DNA from: Selaginella moellendorffii | Lineage: Eukaryota; Plantae; Lycopodiophyta | NCBI RefSeq assembly: GCF_000143415.4 | Contig: NW_003314272.1 | Location: 1,744,374-1,808,373, forward strand | DNA: 64,000 bases | Direction of reading: 5' to 3' | In this document: in pieces, positions 34,991-46,832 of the stretch | How the letters are laid out: each line of letters starts with the position of its first letter | How positions within the stretch are numbered: position 1 is the stretch's first letter | Notes under the pieces: model-generated | What the model saw: only the letters and a program-made list of their open reading frames with translations | What the model was told of the DNA's origin: nothing | The model's database searches: none | Program-made: the position numbers and the translations under genes

Positions 34991-35418
34991 TGATTGTAAA
35001 AATAAACTTTATTTATTAAAAATATATTACATTCTTTAAAAATTATATATATACAATGGTTAAAACACTTTGTACAAAAGGAGCAAAAACAACTAACACC
35101 TATAGATTCACTTGTGCCTTTTTTTGATAATCTTTTAAATCCTAGTTCATCAAATAAAAAACTTTAATTGCCTTTCATTCTTCCAATAGAAAAGGATGAT
35201 ATAAAGTTTAATTGTATAGTTATAATGTTGTATATTAATATTATAATCACATTTTTTATTCTAGTCATATAATTAAATTACTTATAAGTTTTATAATAAC
35301 CGTAACTTAAAAAGTTAAATTTTATAATTTTAAATTATTTAATTTTATTATCTACTTTTAAGGATTTTATTTTTAAATGAACTGTCTTGTGCCCTAGCCC
35401 TTAAAGGCGCGGAGAGGA

Positions 35419-36875
35419 ATGCGAAGGCGGTTTGTGGTGGACGAGTGGAGGAGCCCCAGCGATGCCTACTTCCTCACGCATTTGCACGCTGATCACACTG
35501 AGGGCCTGTCTGCGGATTGGTGTCGCGGCCCTCTCTACTGCTCGCAGGTAACCGCCATGCTCCTCCTCGCCAGATTCAAGGGCTTCAATCCCGCCCTGCT
35601 CCACATTCTCGACCTCGGGACTTCAACGCTCGTCTCTTCCAACAATGCTGCAGATTCCTTGCTAGAAGTCACGGCGATCGACGCCGATCACTGCCCTGGC
35701 AAGTCTTGATCCTAAGATTTTCGAGAGCTCTTGAATTTCTTTGGAACTTCTATGTTATTTCGTTTTTGTCCATGCAGGAGCTGTGATGTATGTTTTCCAT
35801 GGAGAGTTTGGGTGCGTCTTGCATACTGGGGACTTTCGATGGAATAACGATCGATGCACGCTGGAGGAGAGAAAAGAGGCTCTCAGAGAAGCTATCGGTG
35901 GAGCGCAGGTGGATTTTCTCTACCTTGACAACACATTTTGCAACCCGCTCTTCAGCTTTCCATCCAGGAACGCCGCTGCGACTAGAGTAAGTGGACGGGC
36001 TTAATCGATTGAGTGAGAAAACAAAGAAACGATCTTCCAGGTCATTGAGCTCATACGAGGCCACCCGGAGAAAGACATCGTGATTGGAATCGACAACCTT
36101 GGGAAGGAAGAGCTTTTGCTCTCCATTGCTCAAGCTTTGGAAACGAAAGTACGTACTCCTACTTTCTTCTATTTTCCTGGGAATGAGTTGGCAAACATTC
36201 TTTTCTGCTGGTTTTTCTTTCTAGATCTGTCTGTGGCCACAACGGTTGAAAACAATGCACTTGCTACAGCTCCCGGATGTTTTCACGACCGACACTTCCA
36301 TCACACGGATCCGGGCCGTTCCACGCTGCAGCGTCTCCACCCGGAGCCTAAAGCTCTTGAATGAGATTCGTCCGACTCTGGGAATCCTTCCAACCGGCTG
36401 CTTATGCCTGTGCAATCCATCCTCCGGACGAAAGCCGAAGCCAAAGCTGCTGTGCTCCGAAAGCTGCTACAAATCCCGGGAAAGAACCAGCGACAACCAA
36501 GCTGCTGACGCTTCTTCGCGGCTGATTAACGTCGTCCCGTACTCGCTTCATTGCTGCTTCTCCGAGGCCAGAGACTTTGTCGACCTTATCCGTCCAAAAT
36601 CAGTGCTGGGAATCGTCAAATCTTCCACAGACTACAGCATTAATCCCATCCAACTTCTTTCCGGGTGCCAAGCGACAACGTCAACCACGGCAGCGTCACT
36701 TCGTGAAGGTCCACGCGTGCTACTGGATACCCGGCCCGACCTGGATTGTAGCCACAAGCTGCGAGATCTGCTTCAAGTCCGCTGCTCCTCTACCAAGCTA
36801 CGACGTCGCAAAAACCTTTCCAGGAGGCGTCAAAGGCTACACGGCCGTGGCGCTAAGCTGTACGAAGAAGGCTGA
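35419..36875 (+). CDS. SNM1B/Apollo-like DNA cross-link repair nuclease (metallo-beta-lactamase/beta-CASP)
   Basis: YFLTHLHADHTEGL, DADHCPG, LHTGDFR, LYLDNTF, LGKEELL, VPYSLHCCFSE; three short introns. Confidence 0.9.
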
Positions 36876-36906
36876 AAGTTGTGGACCAAACTCTGGATCA
36901 AGCTTC

Positions 36907-38396
36907 TCAAGTCTTCACAAGCTTCGGCACCGTGAACATCTTCCACACCGAGAGCTTCTCTCTGGTCACTCCGGGGTCCGAATGAAACTTCTCCAACTTC
37001 TGGGGAGTGTTTTCCTTGCACTCGGTGCCGTCGCCATCTGGAACCGGGATCGCAAGCACCTGCTTGAGGCCCTCCACGAGCGCGCTCATCTTCGGTCGTG
37101 CCTTTGGCTGCCTCGTGAGGCAGCTTGCCGCGAGGCTCGCCATCTTTTGAGCCGCTTGGAGAGGGTAGTGGCCTTCGAGGCTCGGGTCCATGATAAGGTG
37201 GAACTTCCGGCTTGTAGAAATGTAAGGCTTGACCCATTCCAAGAGCCGCTGCTCGTTCTTTGGGCGATTTTTGTCGAGAGCTTTCCTTCCCGTGAGCAGC
37301 TCCAGCAAAACAACGCCAAAGCTCCAGACGTCACTCTTGGCTGTGAGGTGACCAGTGTGGACGTACTCTGGAGCCGCATAGCCTACAGTTCCCACAACCT
37401 GTTCATCCATCCATCAAAGATCAATAGCAAGTTGAAAAGGAACCGAAGTATGTGAACTCACAGCGGTCGTAACGTGACTATCACCGCCCTCGGGCCCAAG
37501 CCTTGCGAGCCCGAAATCGGATAGCTTTGGACCAAACGAATCATCCAAAAGAATGTTTGACGTCTTGAAGTCGCGATAAATGATCTGCTTGGGTAGGAAA
37601 AAGAGTGAAAACACTGACTTGGACAAGTCATGTACCTGGATCTGTAGCTCCTCGTGAAGATATGCCAGTCCGCGAGCAGTACCCAGCGCGATTTTAACTC
37701 GGGCCTCCCACGGAAGAACCGGGGGCCCTCTCCTGAAAAGATGGCCTTCGAGACTCCCCTTGGGCATAAACTCGTACACGAGTAGCATTTGGACGCCTCG
37801 AGGATCGTCTTCCAGGCAGTAGCCGATGAGCTTCACCAAGTTGGGATCGTCGACGACTCCCAAGTATCTAATCTCCGAGAGCCATTCCTTGTGTCCCTGG
37901 ACGAAGAACACGCTTAAGTTACTAGGCCTATGACTTTGAAACCCATGAAGAACAGAGAAAGAAATTCTAGGAATGTGGAGATGGCGATCGAGCAATGTAC
38001 CTGCAATCCCTTGCCATTGAGCTGCTTCACCGCCACTTCTACCTTGGACTCGGTGCCGTCGGTCCTGTTGACCTTGATGAATCCCTTGTAGACGCAGCCG
38101 AATCCACCCTCGCCCAGCCAATGCGTGCGGTGGAAATTCCTCGTCGCCGCCTTGAGCTCCGCGAACGAGAAGACCTTGAGCTCGTTCTGGCGCATCGAGG
38201 AGCTGAGCAGGAAATTCGAGGCCGGAGACCCTTGGCCGCTGCCGCTGGCGTCCGTCTGGGAATTCGCCTCGGAGCCGGAGCGCCGGGCGTTATCGGGATT
38301 GGATCCGCCGCTGGAGGAGAGGTTCCAGATCGATTTCCTGCTCCTGGGTTCCGGCCGCTTGTCGCCGCCGCTGTGGGAGAACCTGATGCACTTCAT
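36907..38396 (-). CDS. Receptor-like cytoplasmic kinase, RLCK-VII (PBL/PCRK-like)
   Basis: [54 protein letters not shown]; three introns. Confidence 0.94.
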
Positions 38397-38724
38397 CGCT
38401 GCCTGGCCGCGCGCGCTAGCGACGATCGCTCATCGATGTGAAGAACCCTAATCGGATCCAGCCAAGAAACGAACACAGCGAATTCTCTGACCTGGTTTTC
38501 TCTTTCCCCCCGTGCTAGTCGCGTTTCGCGTGCATTAAGCGCCGCAAATCCTGTGAATATTCTAAAAGTATATACTCTGTATATTCTACTCTTCCTAGAA
38601 TTTTGGGAGACATATTCTTTGGCGCGTTAACTAACGTTTCGAATTTTATGCGCCTCCTTTTCTTTTAAGGCTTATAACGCGGAATAGGGTTCTTGCTTTT
38701 GGAGTGAGAGAGAGAGCGATCGCA

Positions 38725-39273
38725 ATGCTGAAGTTCTATCGATCGCTCAGGGGGAAGAAATCTGATAGGGATTCTCCAGTGGCGAGCATTGCCGCCGAGG
38801 CTACTGTTCCATCGCCGGCTAGGTCCATTGATCAACGCGCCAAGGAGCTGGAACAGGTTTTCAGGTCGATCGACACCGACGGGGATGGAAGGATCTGCCT
38901 GGAGGAGCTCCGCGCGATGCTCAGACTGATAGGGAATGCTAATCCCGACGACACGGAGCTACTGGGGCTGCTCAGGGCGATCGACTCCGACGGCGACGGC
39001 TTCATCAGCCTGGAGGAATTCCTCCGCGCCAATGACGAGGGCGGCAGCTCCGCCGACGATCTCCGGGCCGCATTCCAGGTCTTCGACATCGATGGAAATG
39101 GATTCATCTCGGCGGACGAGCTCCACTGCGTGCTCCAGAAAATGGGCGACAAGATCACCAAATCCGAGTGCCGGAGGATGATCAAGGGCGTCGACTCGGA
39201 CGGCAATGGCCTGGTGGATTTCGAGGAGTTTCGAATCATGATGGCGCCATCGCAAGATTCGCTACAGCAATGA
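38725..39273 (+). CDS. Calmodulin-like protein (CML, 4 EF hands), intronless
   Basis: DTDGDGRICLEE, DSDGDGFISLEE, DIDGNGFISADE, DSDGNGLVDFEE. Confidence 0.94.
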   Translation: MLKFYRSLRGKKSDRDSPVASIAAEATVPSPARSIDQRAKELEQVFRSIDTDGDGRICLEELRAMLRLIGNANPDDTELLGLLRAIDSDGDGFISLEEFLRANDEGGSSADDLRAAFQVFDIDGNGFISADELHCVLQKMGDKITKSECRRMIKGVDSDGNGLVDFEEFRIMMAPSQDSLQQ

Positions 39274-39520
39274 GGGCGAGCGAGCGAGCGAGCGAGTGAG
39301 CGAGCGAAAAACCCTAAAAAAGGATCCTCTGCCTGTCTCTGTCCCTTTTTTTTCTTGAAAATATATCGCATACTGTTACACATCATATGCTCCAATCCTG
39401 TCTAGCCACCTCAGCGCAATATACACGTGGACCAGTAACATGAAACCTCATTGTCATTTTTGATCTCTAGGGCAAGGCCGCTCTGGCCTAGAAATATGCG
39501 TTGATTCAAGGCGCCGCGCG

Positions 39521-41494
39521 ATGAGGATTGCTTGCGACAGGCATCGTCAGCTCATGATCTCCTTCGCGCCAATCGTGCTGCTGGTATCGGCAATCAATCT
39601 TCTGGGAGTTTTTGCCTCCAATGCGGGTAAGATTTTTCTCCAGCTCGCGCTTTCAGTGATTTCTTTTCTTCCTTCTCAGGATCTTACTTGAAATCTGGAG
39701 ATGAGTCGTTCTCCAATCGAGAGTACTTTGCGGCTATACGGCACTACACTTCATTCATAGGTAGCGGAAATTTCGTGGCTTTGTCCAACTGAAGTTTTGT
39801 GTGTGCTTCTCATAGAGATTGATCCCGATGCGTCGATCGGATATTCGAAGAGAGCGGCAGCATACATTCAGCAAAAACGGTACAAAGACGCGTTGCGTGA
39901 TCTCGATAAGCTGGTGGACATCGATCCAAGCTACGTGAATGGGTATTTGCAACGAAGCCAAGTTCTTCGTCAGACTTGCGAGTAAGATTTTCAGTCAGTT
40001 ATCGAGAGTTTGTGCAAAGACTCGACATGTAGGTTGGATGAGGCTGAGAGCGTTGTTTCTAAGGCGCTGGGTATGAAACCAGGACATGCGGGTGCTAAGA
40101 AAGAGCTCTCTATGGTAACTCAAGCAAAAGACGCGCTGAAGCAAGTCGAGAGTAGCTATGAAAACAACGATTTCACAAAAGCGGAAGAACACTTAGAAGT
40201 TCTTTTATCGCTTTCTCCTGATTGCTCAAAGGTTGGTATAGATGTCATGGCAGATTTTTGGTAAATGCGTATTGTTGCTTTGCAGGCGAGATTTTTAAGA
40301 GCAAGGATTCTCCTGAAAAAGAAAGACTATGCAGGTGTTGTGGGAGAGACAGGATTTATACTCAAGGAGAATGAAGACGACTTGGATGCTTTGCTTCTTC
40401 GTGGGCAAGCTTACTACTATCTCTCGGACTTCGACGTGGCCACCAGGTATGTTCTTTTAGTTTTGTTGTTGAGCAAGAACTAACGTTTATGCCTTGTAGA
40501 CATTATCAGAAGGGTTTGCGCCTTGATCCCGAACACAGCAGCTTGAAGAAGGAGTATTTCAAGCTGAAAAATCTTTTAAAGAAGACAAAGAATGTGAGTG
40601 CATGCCTTTTCTTCTGCTTCGTTTACATTGTTGCTGTTTCATTTCAGGCCGAAGATCTTTTTGAAAAAGGGAAATTTCGCAAGGCAGTTGAACAATATAA
40701 TGAGGCTTTATCACTGGATCCCGAACATGAGGCGCAGAACTTTGTTCTGTATCTAGGACTATGCAAAACACTTGTTAAGCTCGGTCGTGGTAAGGAGGCT
40801 CTGCCAGCCTGTTCGTCGGCATTGAAAATTGATGGCGAACATGCGGAAGCTTTGCTTCAGGTTTGTTTGTGAATTATTGGTTGCGATGCTCTATCCGACT
40901 GTCCGCGATTGCAGAGTGGGGAAGCCAAAATTCTAGTAGAGGACTGGGAAGGGGCAATGTCAGATTTTAAAACATCGTTTCATAAATCTCAGGTACCACT
41001 TAAGGTGAAATAAACTAAGCGGAACCTTGAATTCATCTTTGCAGAGCCAAAGCGCCAGAGAAGGGCTTCACAGAGCTGAAAAAGGCTTGAAACTCAGTAA
41101 GCGGAGAAACTGGTACGAGATTTTGGGTGTAGAGACGACTGCCAGTGCTTCTGACATAAAAAGAGCGTACAAGAAGTTGGCATTGCAATGGCATCCGGAC
41201 AAAAATGTAGATAACAAGGAGGAAGCCGAGCGTAAGTTTCAGGATATTGCTGCAGCATATGAAGTAAGCAATCTTTTTTCTTCGTTTTTCTTACTAAGTA
41301 CGTAGCACCTCCTATAGGTTCTCGGGGACGAAGACAAACGAACGCGATATGACCGGGGAGAGGACGAGGAACCGCAGATGGGGGGTCCGGGATTTAATCC
41401 ATTTGGCGGGGGTGGAGGTGGAAGTGGAAGTGGATTCACTTTCACATTCGAGGGTGGCTTCCCCGGCGGTGGAGGTTTTGGCTTTAATTTTTGA
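39521..41494 (+). CDS. P58IPK: ER-luminal TPR + J-domain co-chaperone (P58IPK/DNAJC3 homolog)
   Basis: Signal peptide, TPRs ([24 protein letters not shown]), J-domain WHPDKN, C-terminal [19 protein letters not shown]. Confidence 0.9.
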
Positions 41495-42791
41495 CACAGC
41501 ACTGACTCTCAAAAGATTCGGGCAAAGTGTATCAACCAAGCCTGTGACAGGAATGAATGAAAGTTGTGACATCTTCACGGGTAGAACAGGTCTTTTCGCT
41601 TGGCTCTCTGTGCTTTTCATTGTTGTTCTCACTCGAAACGAGGTTTGTTTTTCTGTTAGCAAACGATGCGGGCGCTCCGGGATGCCTGGTAACATCTGCA
41701 TCTTCTTCCTTGTTCTTCCTTTCTGGTTGTGATTCCCGTGTTTGATTTTGATTTCTCCAGGACAAGAAGAAGAAGAAGAATATTGTATTGGCCCCGCCGT
41801 TCAACGACTGGCTCCATTTTACGTTTATCAAAACTGCAGAGAACATGAACATCCACCAGACACGACTCAACGGGGCCCCTTCGAGTTGGCGTGTATCTAA
41901 TTGACCTTTCATCCGCTCAGATTTTCGAGTGCTATGCGTTCGGTTCAAATGTCGATGTACATAGAGACTAGAGGGGTAAGCGGGCTCTTATATAGGCGTG
42001 TCTGCGGCTGATACACTCGTTGAGTTGGCAGGATTTTTCAGCGTAATGACGTCTTCCTTGATAATCGGGGTCCGACATTTCTCTATAGTACAAAAACCCG
42101 ATCCCAGCGATGGTTTCCTGTTCTTCATGTGAGCCATGCTCGGACGTAACAGGCGCAAGGAGATTGTTTCTATTCTCTTGCGCCTGCTAGAAAGAAGGAA
42201 AAATAACACTTTCGAAGCCAACGAAGTCAATGCTCGCTCGACAGGCTACCTCAGCAACTAATTCAATGCCTTGGCTATGGCCAGCACGTTCTGCTACAGG
42301 ATATGGCACGTAAACTTTCTACCAGATACTCCCTATATATCACGCTTGTGTTATCTGTACTGACCGGGTCTTCCTATCAGAGGCGTAGATGTTGAGCTTT
42401 CTCTGGTGGTGGATGGTCGTAGAGGCTGTCAGAAAGAAAAGAGACTGTCCCTGATTGTTTTGGAAGAGAAGACTGCCCTTCGGTGCAACATCAGCATCAT
42501 TGGTTGGTACAGGTTCTTTTTACGGCTCCATGGTAGCACATTTTTGGGTAAATGATTGGTTTTCCCATCGATTCAAGGAACTGACCTTCACTCTCTTCTC
42601 TCTTGTAGCAGGAAAGGATGCAAAAAAGAATGTTAAAGTCGTCAAACCATTCCAGACAGCGCTCTCGACGCAGTTGACACTAGTTGACAGCATATCGACG
42701 CATCGTAAAATGTCTGGTATATATACTCTCTACTCCTTGGGAGCAGCCGGGAAGCAGTGCGGCTGAGTTTAGTGCTCAAGACTGTTCCAAT

Positions 42792-43912
42792 ATGGCTGGC
42801 TACGAAGTACTTGCAACGGTGCTGCTTACAATCCTTTTCCGGCGATCCGTCGCTCAGCTCAGTCCCTCTTTCTACAACTCGTCTTGCCCCACCGTAGAGA
42901 CCGTCGTGACAAATACTCTCCAGCAGGCAATGCAGAGCGATGTTCGAATTGCTGCCTCGCTTCTCCGGGTGCATTTCCACGACTGCTTCGTAAATGTAAG
43001 TATTGAATTTAATTTCTCTCCTTTTGTTCCAGAATTCCTCTGTCTCCTTCTGACTCGTCCTCTGCCTCCCGCAGGGCTGCGACGCGTCAGTTCTCCTGGA
43101 CGACACTGCGAATTTCACAGGAGAGAAAACGGCAGCTCCAAACAACGCCTCGCTCCGAGGCTTCGATGTCATCGACCAGATGAAGTCGCAGGTTGACAGC
43201 GTCTGCAACAACACCGTCTCCTGTGCCGACATCCTCGCCATCGCAGCCAAGGCGGCAGTAGTCCTGGTCAGTACTCTAACCCGAATCCATTTCGCGAAAT
43301 CACAAACTCTTAACCCCCGCACCTTCTCTTCTTTCTTTTTCCCAGAGCGGAGGACCATCCTGGACGGTCCAGCTGGGAAGGCGAGACAGCACCACAGCAA
43401 ACTTCTCCCTCGCGCAGGCCAACATCCCGCCGCCAACATCCACGAACGCTCAGCTCATTGCGGCGTACCAGAATGTGGGGCTCTCGACGCAGGACATGGT
43501 GGTCTTGTCCGGCGCGCACACCTTCGGCCGGGCTCGCTGCACCACTTTCTCCAACAGGCTCTTCAACTTCACCAACGGGCAGCCCGATCCCCGGATCAAC
43601 ACAGCGTACCTGGCGACCCTCCAGCAGATCTGTCCCAACGGGGGCAACGGCAGCGTAGTGGCCAACTTCGACCCCGTCACCCAGGACACTTTCGACAACC
43701 AGTACTACGCCAATGTGCTCAATGGCCAGGGCCTGCTCAACTCGGACGCCGAGCTCCTCAACGGCACCACCGCGGCGCTTGTCAGCAACTTCAGCACCGA
43801 TCAGACGAGCTTCTTCAACAATTTCGCGGTGTCCATGGTGAACATGGGGAATTTGCAGCCGCTCACCGGCAGCCAGGGCGAGATCCGGAGCAACTGCAGG
43901 AAAACCAACTGA
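42792..43912 (+). CDS. Class III secretory peroxidase
   Basis: [58 protein letters not shown]. Confidence 0.96.
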
Positions 43913-45922
43913 ATGATCGAACAGTGTCAAACCCATCTTTGCTTGCGAGCGATGCTCTCTTCTATTCTTTGCCCCCTCGGGATCGCCACGAGCTTTGCCG
44001 CGAATAAGCTTTGTTTTCGAAATTTTAAATCTGTCGAATATTCTCCCGATGCTCTTTTAAAGCAGGGCAGCAAGGGAGATGCGTTTAGGGTTAGGGCGCC
44101 CCTAAAGGCGAAGCATGGGATGCAGCGCACATCTGGTGTGGCTGGCGGCGGCCACGGCGTGCGAGGTATGCCAGTCATGCAATCCGGACGCCTTCACGGC
44201 GCGCGAGGTGTTGGATTTGCTGCTACTGCTGCCGCTGCGGTGGGTCTGTGAATCACTCCAGATTTTCCTCTTGGGCCCATCTACAGCGGCCACAGCTTTC
44301 CATGTCGACTGAAGACCGCTCCGCCGGTCTGTGGACTCAATCATGGTGTCTCACAGCTGTGGCATTTTTGCTGGTGTTCGCTCCCCTCTCATTTCTTTTT
44401 CGCAATCTCTTTTTTGGCATGGATCGAGCACGATTTTGTGTTCCGGGTCTGGTCGCTACTACCGTTTTGATTCGTGATTCGTCTCTTTCCACTTCAGCCG
44501 TGCTTGGCATCCTGCCCTGTGATTACAATGATTTTTCCATCTTTTGTTTCCTGTTTGTGTGTGCTGCTTTTATAACTTTCAAGTCTGTTAGCATGTTTTG
44601 AGCAGAGGAGAGGTAATGCTTTTCTGACAAGACATTGCTTGAGTCTATTCCCTGCTCTTTTAAATGTTGCTGTGATGAGAATCATGTTACCAGAGGCTAG
44701 ACCAATGCTGGCATTCGACATATAAAACTTCCATGACTCTGAGCAAGCCAACTTGACGCATTATTCATGACAAAGCTTGGTTGTTTTGCAGCGAACGAAG
44801 CTCAGAGTTTTATTTTCTAAGTTCTTTTTCATTTAAGGTAAGAAGAAGAATGGCTCTATTCTTCCTCCATTCTTTATTGTATCCTGATATTGTCGGTAAT
44901 GGTTGATAACTCACAATCTAACTCAGGACTGATTCCTTGCAGGACAAGGACTTGCGACCATGGCTTCAGGCCCACATTGGAGGCACTGTGGTTGCGTCCC
45001 CTGCATTGGTGATGGAGGTCTCGCACTCGGCACCTGGTGTTGCTACCAGCACGGCCTCCTCTCCACTGCAAAAAGCCGAGATCCAGAGAGCTAAGTGGTA
45101 AGTAATGCAATGCAGCAGAGGTGGTACAGTTGCTTACCTCGGTGAAACCATGGCAGGAGTTGCCTCTGGAGCGGCGGGAGCGAAGTTGAAGGCCGCGAGA
45201 GTTGGATTCCTCCGCTTGCAGCTGTGGAATGGATACAAAGCACGACGAGGAGGATGGGCAAAGTAAGCTTTTGCATTGCAGGGAAACGAACTGAAGAGAG
45301 AAACTTACTCGCAGGTCGTGCAGCCGCATCCGCAACGGTTGCAAACATCGCACGAAGACATTGTCGAAACGGGAGGAGAGAAGCAAACGGCGCAAAAGGA
45401 TCGAATGAAAAAGAGGAAGAGGATGATGCTGGAACTCGGAAGGCCAAGCGCGAGAGGAAGCAAAGCGAAACGCAATGTTATCTCTCAGCGGAGGAAGCGG
45501 AGAATTTATAGGGGGTGGAAGTGACGAGCGACGGACGGAAGGGGTAGCCAAAAAAAAAAAAAAAAACAGCCAGAAGAAAAAGGCCAGTAGAAAAACAGCC
45601 AAAAGGAAAATAGACTGAATAAGGAAGGAATTTTTCGAGAGCAAGCAAATAATTTCGACGTGCCTGAGTGCGGGTACTTAAAGCAGGGAACAATACTGCA
45701 AATAAAATTTCCCTTTTTACACGAAAGGCACTGGGAATTGGACTGCCTGCAAGCTGTTGGGTTGATCGCGGGCAATTTGGTCCCACGCTCGATCCATTGC
45801 TCTTCTAGAGACTAGCTACGTAGAACTTCGGCTCCCCCCTTTTAGGGCTTTTGCGGTATAGCGAGAAGCCCTAAAGTTGTGTATTTGCCCTAGAACAGGG
45901 GCAAAATATTTTCGTGCGGGCT

Positions 45923-46772
45923 ATGGCGCGGGGAGGCGGCAACAAGAGCGAGGAGGAATGGCGCGCGATCCTCAGCCCGGAGCAATTCCGCGTGCTACGG
46001 CGCAAGGGCACAGAGTGAGTTTGGATTTTACCGCCTGGATTGCCTGGGATTTTGCTCGCTGCTTGCTGCGAGGGACTGTAGCTAGTGCTGCTATGGCTGG
46101 AGATGGATTGTGTGGCTGTGTGGAGATGAGCTCTGGTCAAGCACTTGCTTGCCACAGCCTTGTGGAATTTCTTTTGGTTTTTTTCCTTTTTTTTTTCTGC
46201 TCGCTGTGCTTTGTTGCCAGGGCATTTTGTCTGCCTCTATCCAAGCACGCGATCGTAACTGGATCGTCTTTTTCCAACACCGCATACTAGGTTTGCTGGC
46301 ACGGGAATCTACAACAAGCACTTTGAGGGGGGTGTCTACGAATGCGCCGGCTGTGGGACACCGCTCTACAAGTCGGATACCAAGTTTGATTCCGGGTGCG
46401 GCTGGCCTGCCTTCTTCCAGGGCCTGCCAGGTGCGATCAATCGAAATGTAAGCACAGCGAGAATTTCTTCCATTTATTCTTCTTGTCGTGGCTTTCTGCT
46501 AGTGTTCTCTCGGTTTTTTATTTGGTGCTCTTCTCCTCTGTGGAACTTTCAACTCGATTGTTTTTTTTTTTGCTTTTGACGTTTTTTGTTTTTGTGTGTG
46601 GCAAATACAGGCTGATGCCGACGGTCGGCGCGTCGAGATAACCTGTGCGGCGTGTGGCGGTCACCTGGGACACGTTTTCAAAGGCGAGGGGTATAGAACA
46701 CCGACAGACGAGCGTCACTGTGTCAACAGTGTCTCGCTAAAGTTCACGCCCGGTGACGTTGAAGAAGAATAA
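45923..46772 (+). CDS. MSRB: Peptide methionine sulfoxide reductase B
   Basis: [22 protein letters not shown] | [26 protein letters not shown] | [31 protein letters not shown]; two introns. Confidence 0.94.
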
Positions 46773-46832
46773 TGAATTAGTGCCAACAAATAAATCATTT
46801 CAAGTAAGTCTATCTCTGTTTTCGCTTGTTAT

